Position numbers and translations under genes: made by a program
Shown here: positions 13,068 through 22,139 of the stretch, piece after piece
How positions within the stretch are numbered: the stretch's first letter is position 1
Layout of the letters: each line of letters opens with the position of its first letter
Assembly: GCA_964354245.1 (NCBI GenBank)
Contig: CAYGZI010000001.1
Span: 1-36,161, forward strand
From: an uncultured Planctomycetaceae bacterium
Lineage (GTDB): Bacteria > Planctomycetota > Planctomycetia > Pirellulales > Thermoguttaceae
Reading direction: 5' to 3'
Length of the DNA: 36,161 nucleotides
Notes under the pieces: generated by a model
The model's database searches: none
The model's input: the letters and a program-made list of their open reading frames with translations, nothing else
Told to the model about the DNA's origin: nothing

Positions 13068-14837
13068 TCACCGCCGCTCTCGCAAACGCTCCCGCACCAG
13101 CTCCGGCAGGTACTTGACCGGCACCGAGCCTTGGTCCAGGACCGCCTCGTGGTAGCGGCCCAGGTCGAACCGCTCGCCCAGCTCGCGCTCGACCTCCTGG
13201 CGCAGGCGGTACATCGCCATCCGGCCCACGAAATAGGTCGAGAGCTGGCAGGAACTCTGCTTCGAGCGGACGACCTTGAGCCGCGCCTCGCCCTCCGACT
13301 GAAACGAGCGGCGCATGAGGAGGTCCAGGGCCTCGTCGTCGGTCATCGCCGTGCAGTGCATCTTGTGGTCGAGGATCGTATTGGCCACGGCGCGGAGATA
13401 GAACTTGAGCTGCGTGAGCCGCAACGCCAGGTCGCCGCCGCCGTAGCCCTGGTCGAGCATCGTCTGCTCGGTGTAGACCGCCCAGCCTTCGATATACACG
13501 CCCGATCCCAGCACCCGGCGCACTAGCGAAGGACTGCGGTTGGCGTACTCAAGCTGCACGTAGTGCCCCGGATAGGCCTCGTGGATGGTGAGGATCTGGA
13601 GCATGTGGCTGTTGTACTCCTCCAAGAGGCTCTTCACCCGCTTCGCGTCCCAGTCCTTGGGCGGCGGGCTGACCGCGTACATGCTCGCCGCCCGCGGATC
13701 CAAGGGCGGGGCTGAGTTCAGGTACGCCGTCGCGTTGCCCCGCTGAAACTCCGGCATCTCGATCACCCGGCAGCGGTCGGGCTCCGGCAAACGCAGGATG
13801 TCGCGCTCGCGGATGAACTGCTGAATGTTCGCCACCGTTGCCCGGGCGTCGCGAGTCAGGTCCTCCGGCTTGCCGTGCTCCTGGGCCACCGCGTGGAGCA
13901 CTTGGGCGATCGTGGCGTGGCGGCCTTGTTCGTCGTCCGGCGGCAGGGGCTTCTTGGGGAAATAGCGGCTCCAAAGCTGCCGGGCGATGACGTACATTTC
14001 CCGCTCCACGCGATCGAACTCCGACTCCGCCATGGCCAGCACTTGCCCCGCGTTCAGGCCGGCGTCGAGTGTCAGCTCCAGCTTTCGGGCGAACTTCTCC
14101 GCGCCCAACCGCCACTCGCCGTTGGCCCGCGGCAACAGGTCCTTCTCAAGAAACTCCTGATACTCCTTCAGACAAGCCGCCACGGGCTTAGCCGCGGCCT
14201 TCAAGGTCTCCAATTGCGGCGTCGGTCCCGCCAGGTCGAACAGTTCCCCCTCGTAGAACCCGATTGCCCCGCGGTTCTGCCGGATCGCCGTCTCCGTGGC
14301 CACCCGCGACGGGTTCTTGAGATTCTCCCGCGCCGCCGCTACCACCTTCGGGATCTGCTTCATCCGGGCGATGGCGTTGGCGAGGTTGGTTTCCTTGGGC
14401 AACGTGGACTGCGTCAGGAGCAGAAACAGGCTGTCGCTTATGTATCCGCTGTAGACCCGGGGGTCCTGCTCGAAGGGGTGCGTGTTCTCCGACAGCCACA
14501 GCGACTTTCCAAGCTCGTGCTGGAGGATCCGGTAATCGAGCTTTCCCGCGGGCGAGAGCTTCTCGAAATCCACCTGCCGGGGCAGGTCCTCGAGCGTCTT
14601 GCGGTCGTACACGACCCAGCCGGCCCGGGCCTTGGCCGAAAGATCGTCCAAGAGGTGGTCGAACCGGTGGTCGCCCAGTCCCGTGGCCTCCGTCGGCCGC
14701 ATCCGGAAGCCCTCTTCGAGATACTGCTTGAAAAAGGCGCTGAGCTTCGCATCCATTTCTTCGGCATTGCTCCGAGACGGGCCGGCGGCCACAAGCCACC
14801 CGAGGATGGTTACGCGGAGAATCGCTGCTGGTTTCAT
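13068..14837 (-). CDS. DUF885 family protein (metallopeptidase-like), secreted
   Basis: It has the HEAYPGHYVQ motif typical of DUF885. The signal peptide MKPAAILRVTILGWLVAAG starts from ATG 14837; the ORF-track maximum is 14924. Confidence 0.75.
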   Translation of the reverse strand: MKPAAILRVTILGWLVAAGPSRSNAEEMDAKLSAFFKQYLEEGFRMRPTEATGLGDHRFDHLLDDLSAKARAGWVVYDRKTLEDLPRQVDFEKLSPAGKLDYRILQHELGKSLWLSENTHPFEQDPRVYSGYISDSLFLLLTQSTLPKETNLANAIARMKQIPKVVAAARENLKNPSRVATETAIRQNRGAIGFYEGELFDLAGPTPQLETLKAAAKPVAACLKEYQEFLEKDLLPRANGEWRLGAEKFARKLELTLDAGLNAGQVLAMAESEFDRVEREMYVIARQLWSRYFPKKPLPPDDEQGRHATIAQVLHAVAQEHGKPEDLTRDARATVANIQQFIRERDILRLPEPDRCRVIEMPEFQRGNATAYLNSAPPLDPRAASMYAVSPPPKDWDAKRVKSLLEEYNSHMLQILTIHEAYPGHYVQLEYANRSPSLVRRVLGSGVYIEGWAVYTEQTMLDQGYGGGDLALRLTQLKFYLRAVANTILDHKMHCTAMTDDEALDLLMRRSFQSEGEARLKVVRSKQSSCQLSTYFVGRMAMYRLRQEVERELGERFDLGRYHEAVLDQGSVPVKYLPELVRERLRERR

Positions 14838-15259
14838 GGGAGTCGGCTCCGTGAGGTTCGTTCGACGGCCCGGCGCCACCGGGCGCAATAGCATAAGTCT
14901 AATCGCCAAAGGGCCGCTTGCCAAGAAACCCCTTGGGGTAGGTTCTCTGCGTGCGGGGTCTGCGCCAAACCGAGCCCTTGCGCAACTTTAACGGAGAATC
15001 ATTGTCGCGCTAATAATGCCCTAACGCAGCCGGGGATAATGAAGGTGGCGTCGCGAGGCTCCCGGACCGGCAAGGCCCGATGTGCCGGCCCGAGGAGCGG
15101 CCACGGTCCGCCGGCGGACGCTCGGAGGCAAGTAGAAGCCATAACGATCGGAAAGGAGGTGTAACGCTACCGGCCGAGCGAGTCGAAAATCGCGCAAGCA
15201 AGATCGTTGTCCACAGGATCATTCACACCACAGTCACCCACGATAAGGAGAGAACGTCC

Positions 15260-16270
15260 ATGAAACGGAACAACCGACGCTTTGGCTTTACGCTCGTCGA
15301 GCTGCTGGTGGTGATCGCCATCATCGGCCTCTTGCTCGCCCTGTTGCTGCCCGCGGTGCAGGCCGCCAGGGAAAGCGGACGCCGCTCCCAGTGTACCAAC
15401 AACCTGAAGCAGATCGGAGTCGGGCTGCACAACCACGAATCGGCGTACGGAAGACTGCCCACCGGCGGCGAAGGGACCGACTACTCCACGTCCCCGCCGA
15501 GCACGATGTTCGACCTCCACTCGACGTTCACCGCGATCCTGCCGTTCATCGAGCAGCGGGAAATCTACGACAAGATGAGCCTGAAATACAGCTACCGCGA
15601 CACCCGCTGGCCCGGCAACCAGGAGGCCGCCCAGTACGAGATCAAGACCTACGTTTGCCCCAGCAATCCGTTTTCCGACAGAAAGGACCCATTCGGCTAC
15701 GGCCAGCTCGACTACTATTCCACGGTCTACACCGACATCGACCCGGTCACCGGCCTGCGCAACAAGGCCACGCGCATGGACGGCGCTTTGGCAGTCCCCG
15801 CCACCTCCATAGCGAAGGTCTTTGACGGCGCCAGCAACACCATCGCCATCATTGAGGACTCGGGACGTACGTATCCCACCATCGAGTTCTACACGTTCTC
15901 GAAGTACCCCGACCCGGCCTGCGCAAGCGGCTTCGGGGACACGGCCGATTGCAGCGGCACGAGCCAGAACCGCGCGGTCAACCGCTGGGCCGATCCGGAT
16001 GCGGGGGGAAGCGGCGTTTCCGGCCCGCCCAACGAGTCCGGGAAGTACATCAACAACAACAGCACCCCGTTGGGCGGCCCACCCGACTGCCTGTGGAGCG
16101 CCAACAACTGCGGCTTGAACGACGAGCCGTTCTCGTTCCACTCCGGCGGGTGCAACGCCGTATTCGCCGACGGCAGCGTCCACTTCCTGTCCGAGACGAT
16201 CGACTTCCTCACCATCCGCCGCCTTGTCACCCGTGCTGAGCACGCCGAAGTGCCCTCGGGAGGCTGGTGA
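15260..16270 (+). CDS. DUF1559 domain protein with prepilin-type N-terminal cleavage/methylation motif
   Basis: MKRNNRRFGFTLVELLVVIAIIGLLLALLLPAVQAARESGRRSQCTNNLKQIG is the canonical planctomycete DUF1559 N-terminus. The RBS aaggagag precedes ATG 15260. The C-terminus is FHSGGCNAVFADGSVHFLS. Confidence 0.85.
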   Translation: MKRNNRRFGFTLVELLVVIAIIGLLLALLLPAVQAARESGRRSQCTNNLKQIGVGLHNHESAYGRLPTGGEGTDYSTSPPSTMFDLHSTFTAILPFIEQREIYDKMSLKYSYRDTRWPGNQEAAQYEIKTYVCPSNPFSDRKDPFGYGQLDYYSTVYTDIDPVTGLRNKATRMDGALAVPATSIAKVFDGASNTIAIIEDSGRTYPTIEFYTFSKYPDPACASGFGDTADCSGTSQNRAVNRWADPDAGGSGVSGPPNESGKYINNNSTPLGGPPDCLWSANNCGLNDEPFSFHSGGCNAVFADGSVHFLSETIDFLTIRRLVTRAEHAEVPSGGW

Positions 16271-16343
16271 GCGCTCGCCGTTTGTGGATGAACGTGCCCG
16301 ATTGACGCAACTGGAACAGCGGTTTCAAGTGCAGCGGGCCAAG

Positions 16344-16380
16344 CAGGCGCCGGATGTCCCGGCGCCTGTCCCCATTTCTT
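16344..16380 (+). terminator. Candidate intrinsic terminator after the DUF1559 gene
   Basis: A perfect 10-bp GC stem caggcgccgg / ccggcgcctg (16344-16353 and 16359-16368) has a 5-nt loop and is followed by tccccatttcttg, a weak T tract. Confidence 0.35.
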
Positions 16381-16499
16381 GACTACCTTGCTCTTCCGTC
16401 GCGCCCGTCCGCGAGATAGCATGACTATTCCGCGGGCGGGAGAGGGCTGTTTCTGTCGGACGGCCGCCAAACGACCATGAGGAAAGGATCGAGGCGACG

Positions 16500-19115
16500 A
16501 TGGACACCCGACGAGTCAAAGTGTGGAGCGCGACGCTCGGTCTGCTTCTTCTCTCAATCCCGCCCACCGCGCTTCCGGCCGAGCCGCCCGCGCCGGTCAC
16601 GAGGACCGATTACGACGAGGGGGACTGGTACATCGTCCGCGGCGACCAGAAGCTCCCCTACTACGGGATGCGCGACTCCTGGGTCTACAACCGCGCGATG
16701 ACGTGGCTCGACAAGCGATCGGGCGTCGACGGCGCAATCCTCTGCTACTCGACGCAATCGCCGCTGCCGCTGACCGGGAAGTCCCAAGTCTCGCGGTGGT
16801 ACGCCGGCGAGGGCAACGAGCTGGCCGACGTGGATGGAGTGGACGAGCAGTGTACTCGATTCACCAAGCGAAACCCCAAGTCCATTTGGGACCACGCCGC
16901 CCTCCCGCCATTTCAATTCCAGATCGAACAGCACCCCATCGCCGAGCTGGAGGTCAAAGAGGCCACGCACCCGTGGCAGTTCTTCGCGGTCGTCAAGGGG
17001 CGCGGCGGCCCGCCGCTCTTCACCAGCCCCTGGCACAACGGGCCCGGCAAGCTCACGGTGAATCTCTTGGATCTCTATCGGCAGAAGGGCTATCACCATC
17101 ACTTCGCTGAGATGATCTTCTTCGTCGCTACCTGGACCGAAGAGGCCGGCCAAGAAGCAAGCGTCGTCTTCCGCCTCCGGCTCCTCGGCAGCGAGGCGAT
17201 CGTGCCTTCGCTGCCGGTGATCCGCACCGTCGAGCACTCCAGGAGTGAAGGCGTGCCGATCTATGCCGTGGTGCTCGACCGCCAGGCCAAACGGCTCGGC
17301 AAGGACGTTGTGGACGTGAGCGCCACGCTCGGCAATCGGACGGTAAGGCTCGCGGAAGACGGCAAAGGCATCTGGCGAGCGGTGATCCGCGGACTCCCCG
17401 TCGGCGAGCATCGTGCCCAACTCCGCGCGGTCTGGAAGAGCGGGCCGGAGAAATCGGTGGCGTCCCAACTCCGAATCCACATCACCGACGGACAATTCCT
17501 CGGCTACGACCCCGCCCTGCGCCTTCTGACCCGCGCCGGCAAGCCGCTCGGGCCGTTGGCCGGTTCCTACCGCGGCCAGGCCGTGTTCAAGGGGCTCGGC
17601 ACTCCGCGGGAATCGCTGCTGCACGGACAGCTCGATTGGCAGCTTGCGATCCTCGATCCGGTCAGGCCCGACTACGGGTTCCACTTCTGGGAATCGCTCA
17701 CCGAGCGGGAACTCGACGCAGACTACGCTTATCTTCAGCAGTGCGGCTGGAACCTCGTTCACCTGTGCCAAGGCTGGCTCTGGTGGCCCAGGCTCGACGC
17801 CGCCGGCCGGCTCTCGCCCTACAACGCGGAGCAACTGGCCAACGTCTGCGCAGTGGCCGGCCGGCATGGGCTGCGCGTCCATCTGGCGGTCAGCCACTAT
17901 CCGCTCGGCAAGAGAAGCCCGCCCTACGCGCAGTATCTTGAGGCCGGCTTTCAATCGGCCGATTACCGCAACCCTCAGTCCCGCTTCTTCCGCATGTTCG
18001 GCGACTACCTGGAGCAGTTGGCCACCGTGTTCCGCGACGAGACGGTGCTATCGAGCTTCACCGCGGCCGGCGAAGGCGACCCGGAGTGCGGCAAGGACTT
18101 CGTCAATATGGTTTACGATGAGCTTCAGGCCCACGACGGCAATCACCTGGTGCTGGCCGAGCCGCACCACCAGGTCACGCGCAACCCGAACTTCTATCGC
18201 CAGGAAGGCTGGAAGCCGCTCCTGGGCGGGATGCGGACCTACTTCGTCGATCGCCTGCCGCAGGAGCACGTCGGCGTGGAGTTCAAGCTCGCGGCCATGG
18301 GCCACGTCTTCATGGGCGAAGGCTGTTTCTACGGCTTCCTGGGCGGCAATCACCAGTACATGAACCCGCAGATGCCGATCAACTCCTACCGCGAGCGGAC
18401 GCGGCAGACGCTCTACACCGGGCTGGCCCACTGCAACCCGATCCTGCTCACGTGGGAAGAGCGGATCGTCGAGGACGAGCAGATCGTCCTGTCCCGGGTC
18501 TGCCGGGCCGTGGACTGGTCCAAGCGGTTCCAGACCCCGCCGCTTGCCATCCGGGTCAATACCAAGTTAATGCCGGTGGCCGGGCGCGAGCCGCTTGCCA
18601 AGTACGAGAAGGCCCTCTCCAGTCTCCCGCTGGAGTGCCGCTACCTGTGGGAAGACGAGCCCGTGCCGCCCGGCGTGCTCTACACGATCGATGCCCGGGA
18701 GCCCTTCGCCGTTCCAACATTCACCTCCTCCGGCGGCAAGCTACCCGACGCGCTCAAGGCCCGGATGCCGCTCTTGCTTCCTCCGGGCTTCTCCGCGGAC
18801 TACTCCTGGAGCGAAGACCGGCGCACGCTGTTGGCGTTCATTCGCCGCATTGCTCCCCTCTCCCGTTCCGGGAGAGGGGCCGGGGGTGAGGGGACGCCGC
18901 AGTCAAAGGACGGACGTATTGACGGCCGGCCGCCGGGCGCCGCCTCCCCGGCCGCCCTCCGCCTCCGCAACTTCCCGGCCGAAGAGTTGTCCTTTCAACT
19001 CTTCGACCTTGCCACGAAGGATGTCGTCCGCCAAGGCACATTCCGTGGTGCGACGGCTCTCGAAATCCCCGCGTCGTCGAGCGAGTGGTTCTTGCTGATC
19101 AATGAGACCAGGTAG
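16500..19115 (+). CDS. Secreted 871-aa protein of unknown function (possible TIM-barrel glycosidase-like core; not established)
   Basis: Signal peptide MDTRRVKVWSATLGLLLLSIPPTALPA. It is a long uninterrupted ORF with ordinary amino-acid composition, unlike its antisense ORF. No motif was recognised with certainty. It carries an in-frame family C hairpin at 18855-18893. Confidence 0.65.
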   Translation: MDTRRVKVWSATLGLLLLSIPPTALPAEPPAPVTRTDYDEGDWYIVRGDQKLPYYGMRDSWVYNRAMTWLDKRSGVDGAILCYSTQSPLPLTGKSQVSRWYAGEGNELADVDGVDEQCTRFTKRNPKSIWDHAALPPFQFQIEQHPIAELEVKEATHPWQFFAVVKGRGGPPLFTSPWHNGPGKLTVNLLDLYRQKGYHHHFAEMIFFVATWTEEAGQEASVVFRLRLLGSEAIVPSLPVIRTVEHSRSEGVPIYAVVLDRQAKRLGKDVVDVSATLGNRTVRLAEDGKGIWRAVIRGLPVGEHRAQLRAVWKSGPEKSVASQLRIHITDGQFLGYDPALRLLTRAGKPLGPLAGSYRGQAVFKGLGTPRESLLHGQLDWQLAILDPVRPDYGFHFWESLTERELDADYAYLQQCGWNLVHLCQGWLWWPRLDAAGRLSPYNAEQLANVCAVAGRHGLRVHLAVSHYPLGKRSPPYAQYLEAGFQSADYRNPQSRFFRMFGDYLEQLATVFRDETVLSSFTAAGEGDPECGKDFVNMVYDELQAHDGNHLVLAEPHHQVTRNPNFYRQEGWKPLLGGMRTYFVDRLPQEHVGVEFKLAAMGHVFMGEGCFYGFLGGNHQYMNPQMPINSYRERTRQTLYTGLAHCNPILLTWEERIVEDEQIVLSRVCRAVDWSKRFQTPPLAIRVNTKLMPVAGREPLAKYEKALSSLPLECRYLWEDEPVPPGVLYTIDAREPFAVPTFTSSGGKLPDALKARMPLLLPPGFSADYSWSEDRRTLLAFIRRIAPLSRSGRGAGGEGTPQSKDGRIDGRPPGAASPAALRLRNFPAEELSFQLFDLATKDVVRQGTFRGATALEIPASSSEWFLLINETR
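18855..18893. repeat. Family C hairpin repeat, in frame in the 871-aa protein gene
   Basis: cccctctccc-gttcc-gggagagggg (10-bp stem, 18855-18879) is followed by ccgggggtgagggg. This is the reverse complement of the kinase copy at 11471-11507. Host peptide is PLSRSGRGAGGEG. Confidence 0.85.
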
Positions 19116-19222
19116 GTTATGCTTCAGCATAATAGAGCGCGGACCCATCTTGCTCCCGACCCCGGACTTGATGTTGCTGGAGAACGAAACCGGGACGCAG
19201 CTAGTTTTGAAACGGACGGCAC

Positions 19223-19849
19223 TCACGGGAGCATGGCGCTCGCGGCGATGCGGCCCAGCTCGCGCCGGTCTACGACCAGCGGCACTTCCTCGGACTTGCC
19301 GTACGTGCGGTGTTGGCGGTAGTCGGGCTCGCCTGTCGGGCCGGAGGGGTCGGTGTAGACCTCGATGCGGCCTTCGACGAGATTGACAATCCAGTAGGAT
19401 GGAATGCCGGCCTGGGCGTAGAGCCGCTTCTTGGAGGTCCGGTCTCGCTTCAGGCTCGCGTCCGCCACTTCCACCACCAAGGCCACGTCTTCCGGGCCGG
19501 GGTGGCGATCCACGTAGGTGCGACGATCGCCGCGGACGACGACCGCGTCCGGTTCCGGCTCGCTGGTGGCCAGCGTGATCGCATCCTGCGAGCGGACGTA
19601 CCAGCCTTTCGGAACGATCCCCTCCAGGGCGTAGCGCACAAGGTCCGTCGCGGCAGAATGCGGGGGATTCTTCATCATTTTGGGCACCAGCCATCCATCC
19701 AGGAGTTCCACGGGGTCGTCTTCGCCGAGAATCCCGGCACGGATCATGTCGTGGTATTCCCGCACGCTGAATCGCCAGATGGGGTCGCTCGGGACCGCCG
19801 GAGGGGCGCGATCGATTGAGGGTACATGAGGTTGAACGGAGACAGACAT
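19223..19849 (-). CDS. Uma2 family (DUF820) endonuclease-like protein
   Basis: WRFSVREYHDMIRAGILGEDDPVELLDGWLV, then ALVVEVADASLKRDRTSKKRLYAQAGIPSYWIVNL, which is the PD-(D/E)xK-like core typical of Uma2. Start placed at ATG 19849. Confidence 0.7.
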   Translation of the reverse strand: MSVSVQPHVPSIDRAPPAVPSDPIWRFSVREYHDMIRAGILGEDDPVELLDGWLVPKMMKNPPHSAATDLVRYALEGIVPKGWYVRSQDAITLATSEPEPDAVVVRGDRRTYVDRHPGPEDVALVVEVADASLKRDRTSKKRLYAQAGIPSYWIVNLVEGRIEVYTDPSGPTGEPDYRQHRTYGKSEEVPLVVDRRELGRIAASAMLP

Positions 19850-19863
19850 GGCATGATTCCTTG

Positions 19864-19915
19864 TGACAGGCAAGAATGCCTATCCTCCTCTGACAGGCAG
19901 GAATACCTGTCCTCC
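19864..19915. repeat. Tandem pair of 25-27-bp hairpin-containing repeats upstream of the Uma2 gene
   Basis: tgacaggcaagaatgcctatcctcctc (19864-19890) is followed directly by tgacaggcaggaatacctgtcctcc (19891-19915). The second unit folds as gacagg..cctgtc. Confidence 0.7.
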
Positions 19916-20022
19916 TTCCCCTTTCATTATATTAGCGGGGTGAGCGACCCGCCGTCAACGCCGCGCCGCCACGATTCCCGCAAGCAATTGCCGCTCTCCG
20001 TCAATCCTTCAACCGGCCAACG

Positions 20023-21342
20023 CTACTTTGATGGACCCCATTGCTTGTCGGCGAAGTCGAGGAAGACCTTCCAGTCGCCCTTGGTCATCGAGTGCTTGCC
20101 GGGGCGGATGTAGTAGCCGAGGCGGCTGTCGACCAGCTTGCCCACCGGCGGCATCCCGTCGGCCGCGAGCCCCTCCACGCCGAGGAGCCGGTAGACCGGG
20201 TCGGCCGCCTTGAGCATCTCGAATTGCCCCTCGGGATTGGCCCAGGTGTCTTCCACCGCGTTGGCCAACAGCACCGGGCGCGGGGCGACCAGGGCAATCA
20301 GGCAGTGCTGGTCGAACGGCAGCCGGTCGGGCTGGTCGTTGAAGTTCTTGAATTCCGCGTCGAACCAGTGGGGGAAGCCCTTATTGATCTGGGCGACCGA
20401 CTCGCCGATCTTGCCGCGGCTGGGGGCCGTGCCGCCGCAGCCGGCCTGGAGCGGGATGGCCAGGGCAATCCGCTCGTCAAACGCCGCGGCCAGAAGGGCC
20501 GTCTTTCCAAGCCGCGAGTGCCCGACCACGGCGATCCGCTTCGCGTCGACGTCCTTGTCGGTCACGAGGTAATCGACCGCCCGGTGAAATCCCCAGGCCC
20601 AAGCGGCGATGGTTCCCCAGTCGTGCGGACCGGGCTTGGTCTGTCCCGGCTTGAAGTAGTGGGGATGAACGCCGTCGGTGAAATCGTTGCGGTCGGGGTC
20701 CACGTCGCCGTGGTAGAACAGGGCGACCGCGTAGCCGCGGTCGATCGACTGCTCGACGGCCCAGGCATCGACCTGCGTGCCGCGCCCGGCGTCCGTGGCC
20801 CGATTGCTCTTGACGCCCGCTCCCGTCGGCCGCATCCACACCTCCGGGAGCCGGATGTCCGGGTCCTTGAGCACCGCGTGGTTGCCGGCAAAGTTCAGCC
20901 CGAGGAAGACCGGGGCAGGTTTCCGGGCGTTGGGAATCACCACGAGCAGATGAATCCGCGGGGTCTTGGGCGGGCCGAAGGCGATTGTCACCTCGCGCAA
21001 GGTCGCCTTGCCGCCGAAGTAGTTGCGGTCTTCGCGGTCCACGGTCGCCTCGATCTTCGCGGGCGGCGGGGGCATGAATCCGTACATGTAGTGCTGGAAG
21101 AGGGCCTTCAGCTCCGGCCGCCGCGCGTCGAGCCACTGCTGGCGGCTCTCCACCCGCTTGCCGTCGAACATGACCAACGGGTCGGGCAGCTCCGGGTGCG
21201 ACGGCAACGCCGAAACCTCGGGGAACGGCTGGGCTGCAACGGGCGCCGCTTGGGCAAACGCAAACCAGGTCAAGGCCGCCGCACCGGCAGCCAGCACTCT
21301 CAGCCCACAGCACAAGCGGGCTCGGGCAAGGGATCGCGTCAT
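20023..21342 (-). CDS. CE15-like glucuronoyl esterase / alpha-beta hydrolase, secreted
   Basis: GHSRLGKTALLAAAFDERIALAIPLQAGCGG matches the bacterial CE15 nucleophile region as I recall it. The signal peptide MTRSLARARLCCGLRVLAAGAAALTWFAFA starts from ATG 21342 behind ggagg. The longer 693-aa ORF overlaps the HD gene and was rejected. Confidence 0.65.
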   Translation of the reverse strand: MTRSLARARLCCGLRVLAAGAAALTWFAFAQAAPVAAQPFPEVSALPSHPELPDPLVMFDGKRVESRQQWLDARRPELKALFQHYMYGFMPPPPAKIEATVDREDRNYFGGKATLREVTIAFGPPKTPRIHLLVVIPNARKPAPVFLGLNFAGNHAVLKDPDIRLPEVWMRPTGAGVKSNRATDAGRGTQVDAWAVEQSIDRGYAVALFYHGDVDPDRNDFTDGVHPHYFKPGQTKPGPHDWGTIAAWAWGFHRAVDYLVTDKDVDAKRIAVVGHSRLGKTALLAAAFDERIALAIPLQAGCGGTAPSRGKIGESVAQINKGFPHWFDAEFKNFNDQPDRLPFDQHCLIALVAPRPVLLANAVEDTWANPEGQFEMLKAADPVYRLLGVEGLAADGMPPVGKLVDSRLGYYIRPGKHSMTKGDWKVFLDFADKQWGPSK

Positions 21343-21382
21343 GGGTGTGTACCTCCAGGATCTCGGGACAGAGACTTCGACA

Positions 21383-21415
21383 GAGACTTCCGAAGTCTTC
21401 AAAACTTCGGAACTC
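21383..21415. repeat. Family B REP-like hairpin, copy 3 (opposite orientation)
   Basis: gagacttccgaagtcttcaaaacttcggaactc is preceded by a partial duplicate gagacttcgaca (21371-21382). It lies in the divergent region between CE15 (21342) and the HD gene (21469). Confidence 0.75.
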
Positions 21416-21468
21416 TGCGGCCCCAGTATCCTCCGGGGGAGTTGGAACTGCAAGCGTCCCCGGGTACA

Positions 21469-22044
21469 ATGGCGGACATGCCGATCACCTACCAGCAAGC
21501 GGTCGAACACCTGCGGGCGTGGACCCAGACGCCGTCGCTCTTGACTCACGCCCGGGCTGTGGAAGTCGTGATGCGGGCGGCCGCGGCGAAGTACGGCGGC
21601 GAAGGGGCCGACGCCGAGACCTGGGCCGTCACCGGGCTCTTGCACGACGCCGATTACGAGCAATGGCCGGAGGAGCATCCGCGGCGGATCGTCGATTGGC
21701 TCAAGGGGCAGGGCGAGGAGGAAATCGCCTACGCCGTGGCGTTCCATCAGACGAAGTGGAACCTCCCGCCGAAGACCGCGCTGGACAAGGCCCTCCTGGC
21801 CTGCGACGAGCTGGCGGGATTCGCGATCGCCTGTTGTCTGGTGCGGCCGGAGGGGATCGCCACGCTGGAGCCCAAGAGCGTCAAGAAGAAGCTCAAGGAC
21901 AAGGCGTTCGCCGCCAAGGTCGACCGGGAACTCATCCGCAAAAGCGTGGAAATCCTCGGCGTCGACATGGACGGCCACGTCCAGTTTGTGATCGAGGCGT
22001 TGAAGCCCCATGCCCAAGAGCTGGGGATTGCCGGAAAGGTGTAG
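21469..22044 (+). CDS. HD domain phosphohydrolase-like protein
   Basis: THARAVEVVMRAAA...LLHDADYEQWPEEHP contains an H..HD signature. Start is ATG 21469 (alternative ATG at 21478). The 5' part of the 667-aa ORF is antisense to CE15. Confidence 0.7.
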   Translation: MADMPITYQQAVEHLRAWTQTPSLLTHARAVEVVMRAAAAKYGGEGADAETWAVTGLLHDADYEQWPEEHPRRIVDWLKGQGEEEIAYAVAFHQTKWNLPPKTALDKALLACDELAGFAIACCLVRPEGIATLEPKSVKKKLKDKAFAAKVDRELIRKSVEILGVDMDGHVQFVIEALKPHAQELGIAGKV

Positions 22045-22080
22045 CGGGCGGGCTTGCCCGCCGGGTCCGTGCCCGCCGGA

Positions 22081-22125
22081 GTGAGTGAAAAGTGAAGAGT
22101 GCAAAGTGAAAAGTGCAAATTGAAG
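22081..22125 (+). repeat. A/G-rich low-complexity tract (gtgaaaagtg / caaagtg units) forming the leader of the flavin reductase gene
   Basis: gtgagtgaaaagtgaagagtgcaaagtgaaaagtgcaaattgaag runs directly into the RBS aaggagg (22123-22129) and ATG 22140. It is strikingly AT-rich for this genome. Confidence 0.6.
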
Positions 22126-22139
22126 GAGGGATTCACTTC

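Noticed and set aside
12979-13071. 31-codon N-terminal extension of the ECF sigma ORF
   Set aside because: It begins inside REP hairpin copy 2 (peptide ETSEVFKTSGVF). ATG 12978 is preferred.
20041-21468. First 476 codons of the 667-aa + strand ORF (HD protein)
   Set aside because: They are antisense to the CE15 esterase. The recognisable HD protein begins at ATG 21469.
21343-22104. N-terminal 253 codons of the 693-aa minus-strand ORF (CE15)
   Set aside because: This part is antisense to the HD domain gene and is low-complexity. A signal peptide with an RBS begins at ATG 21342.
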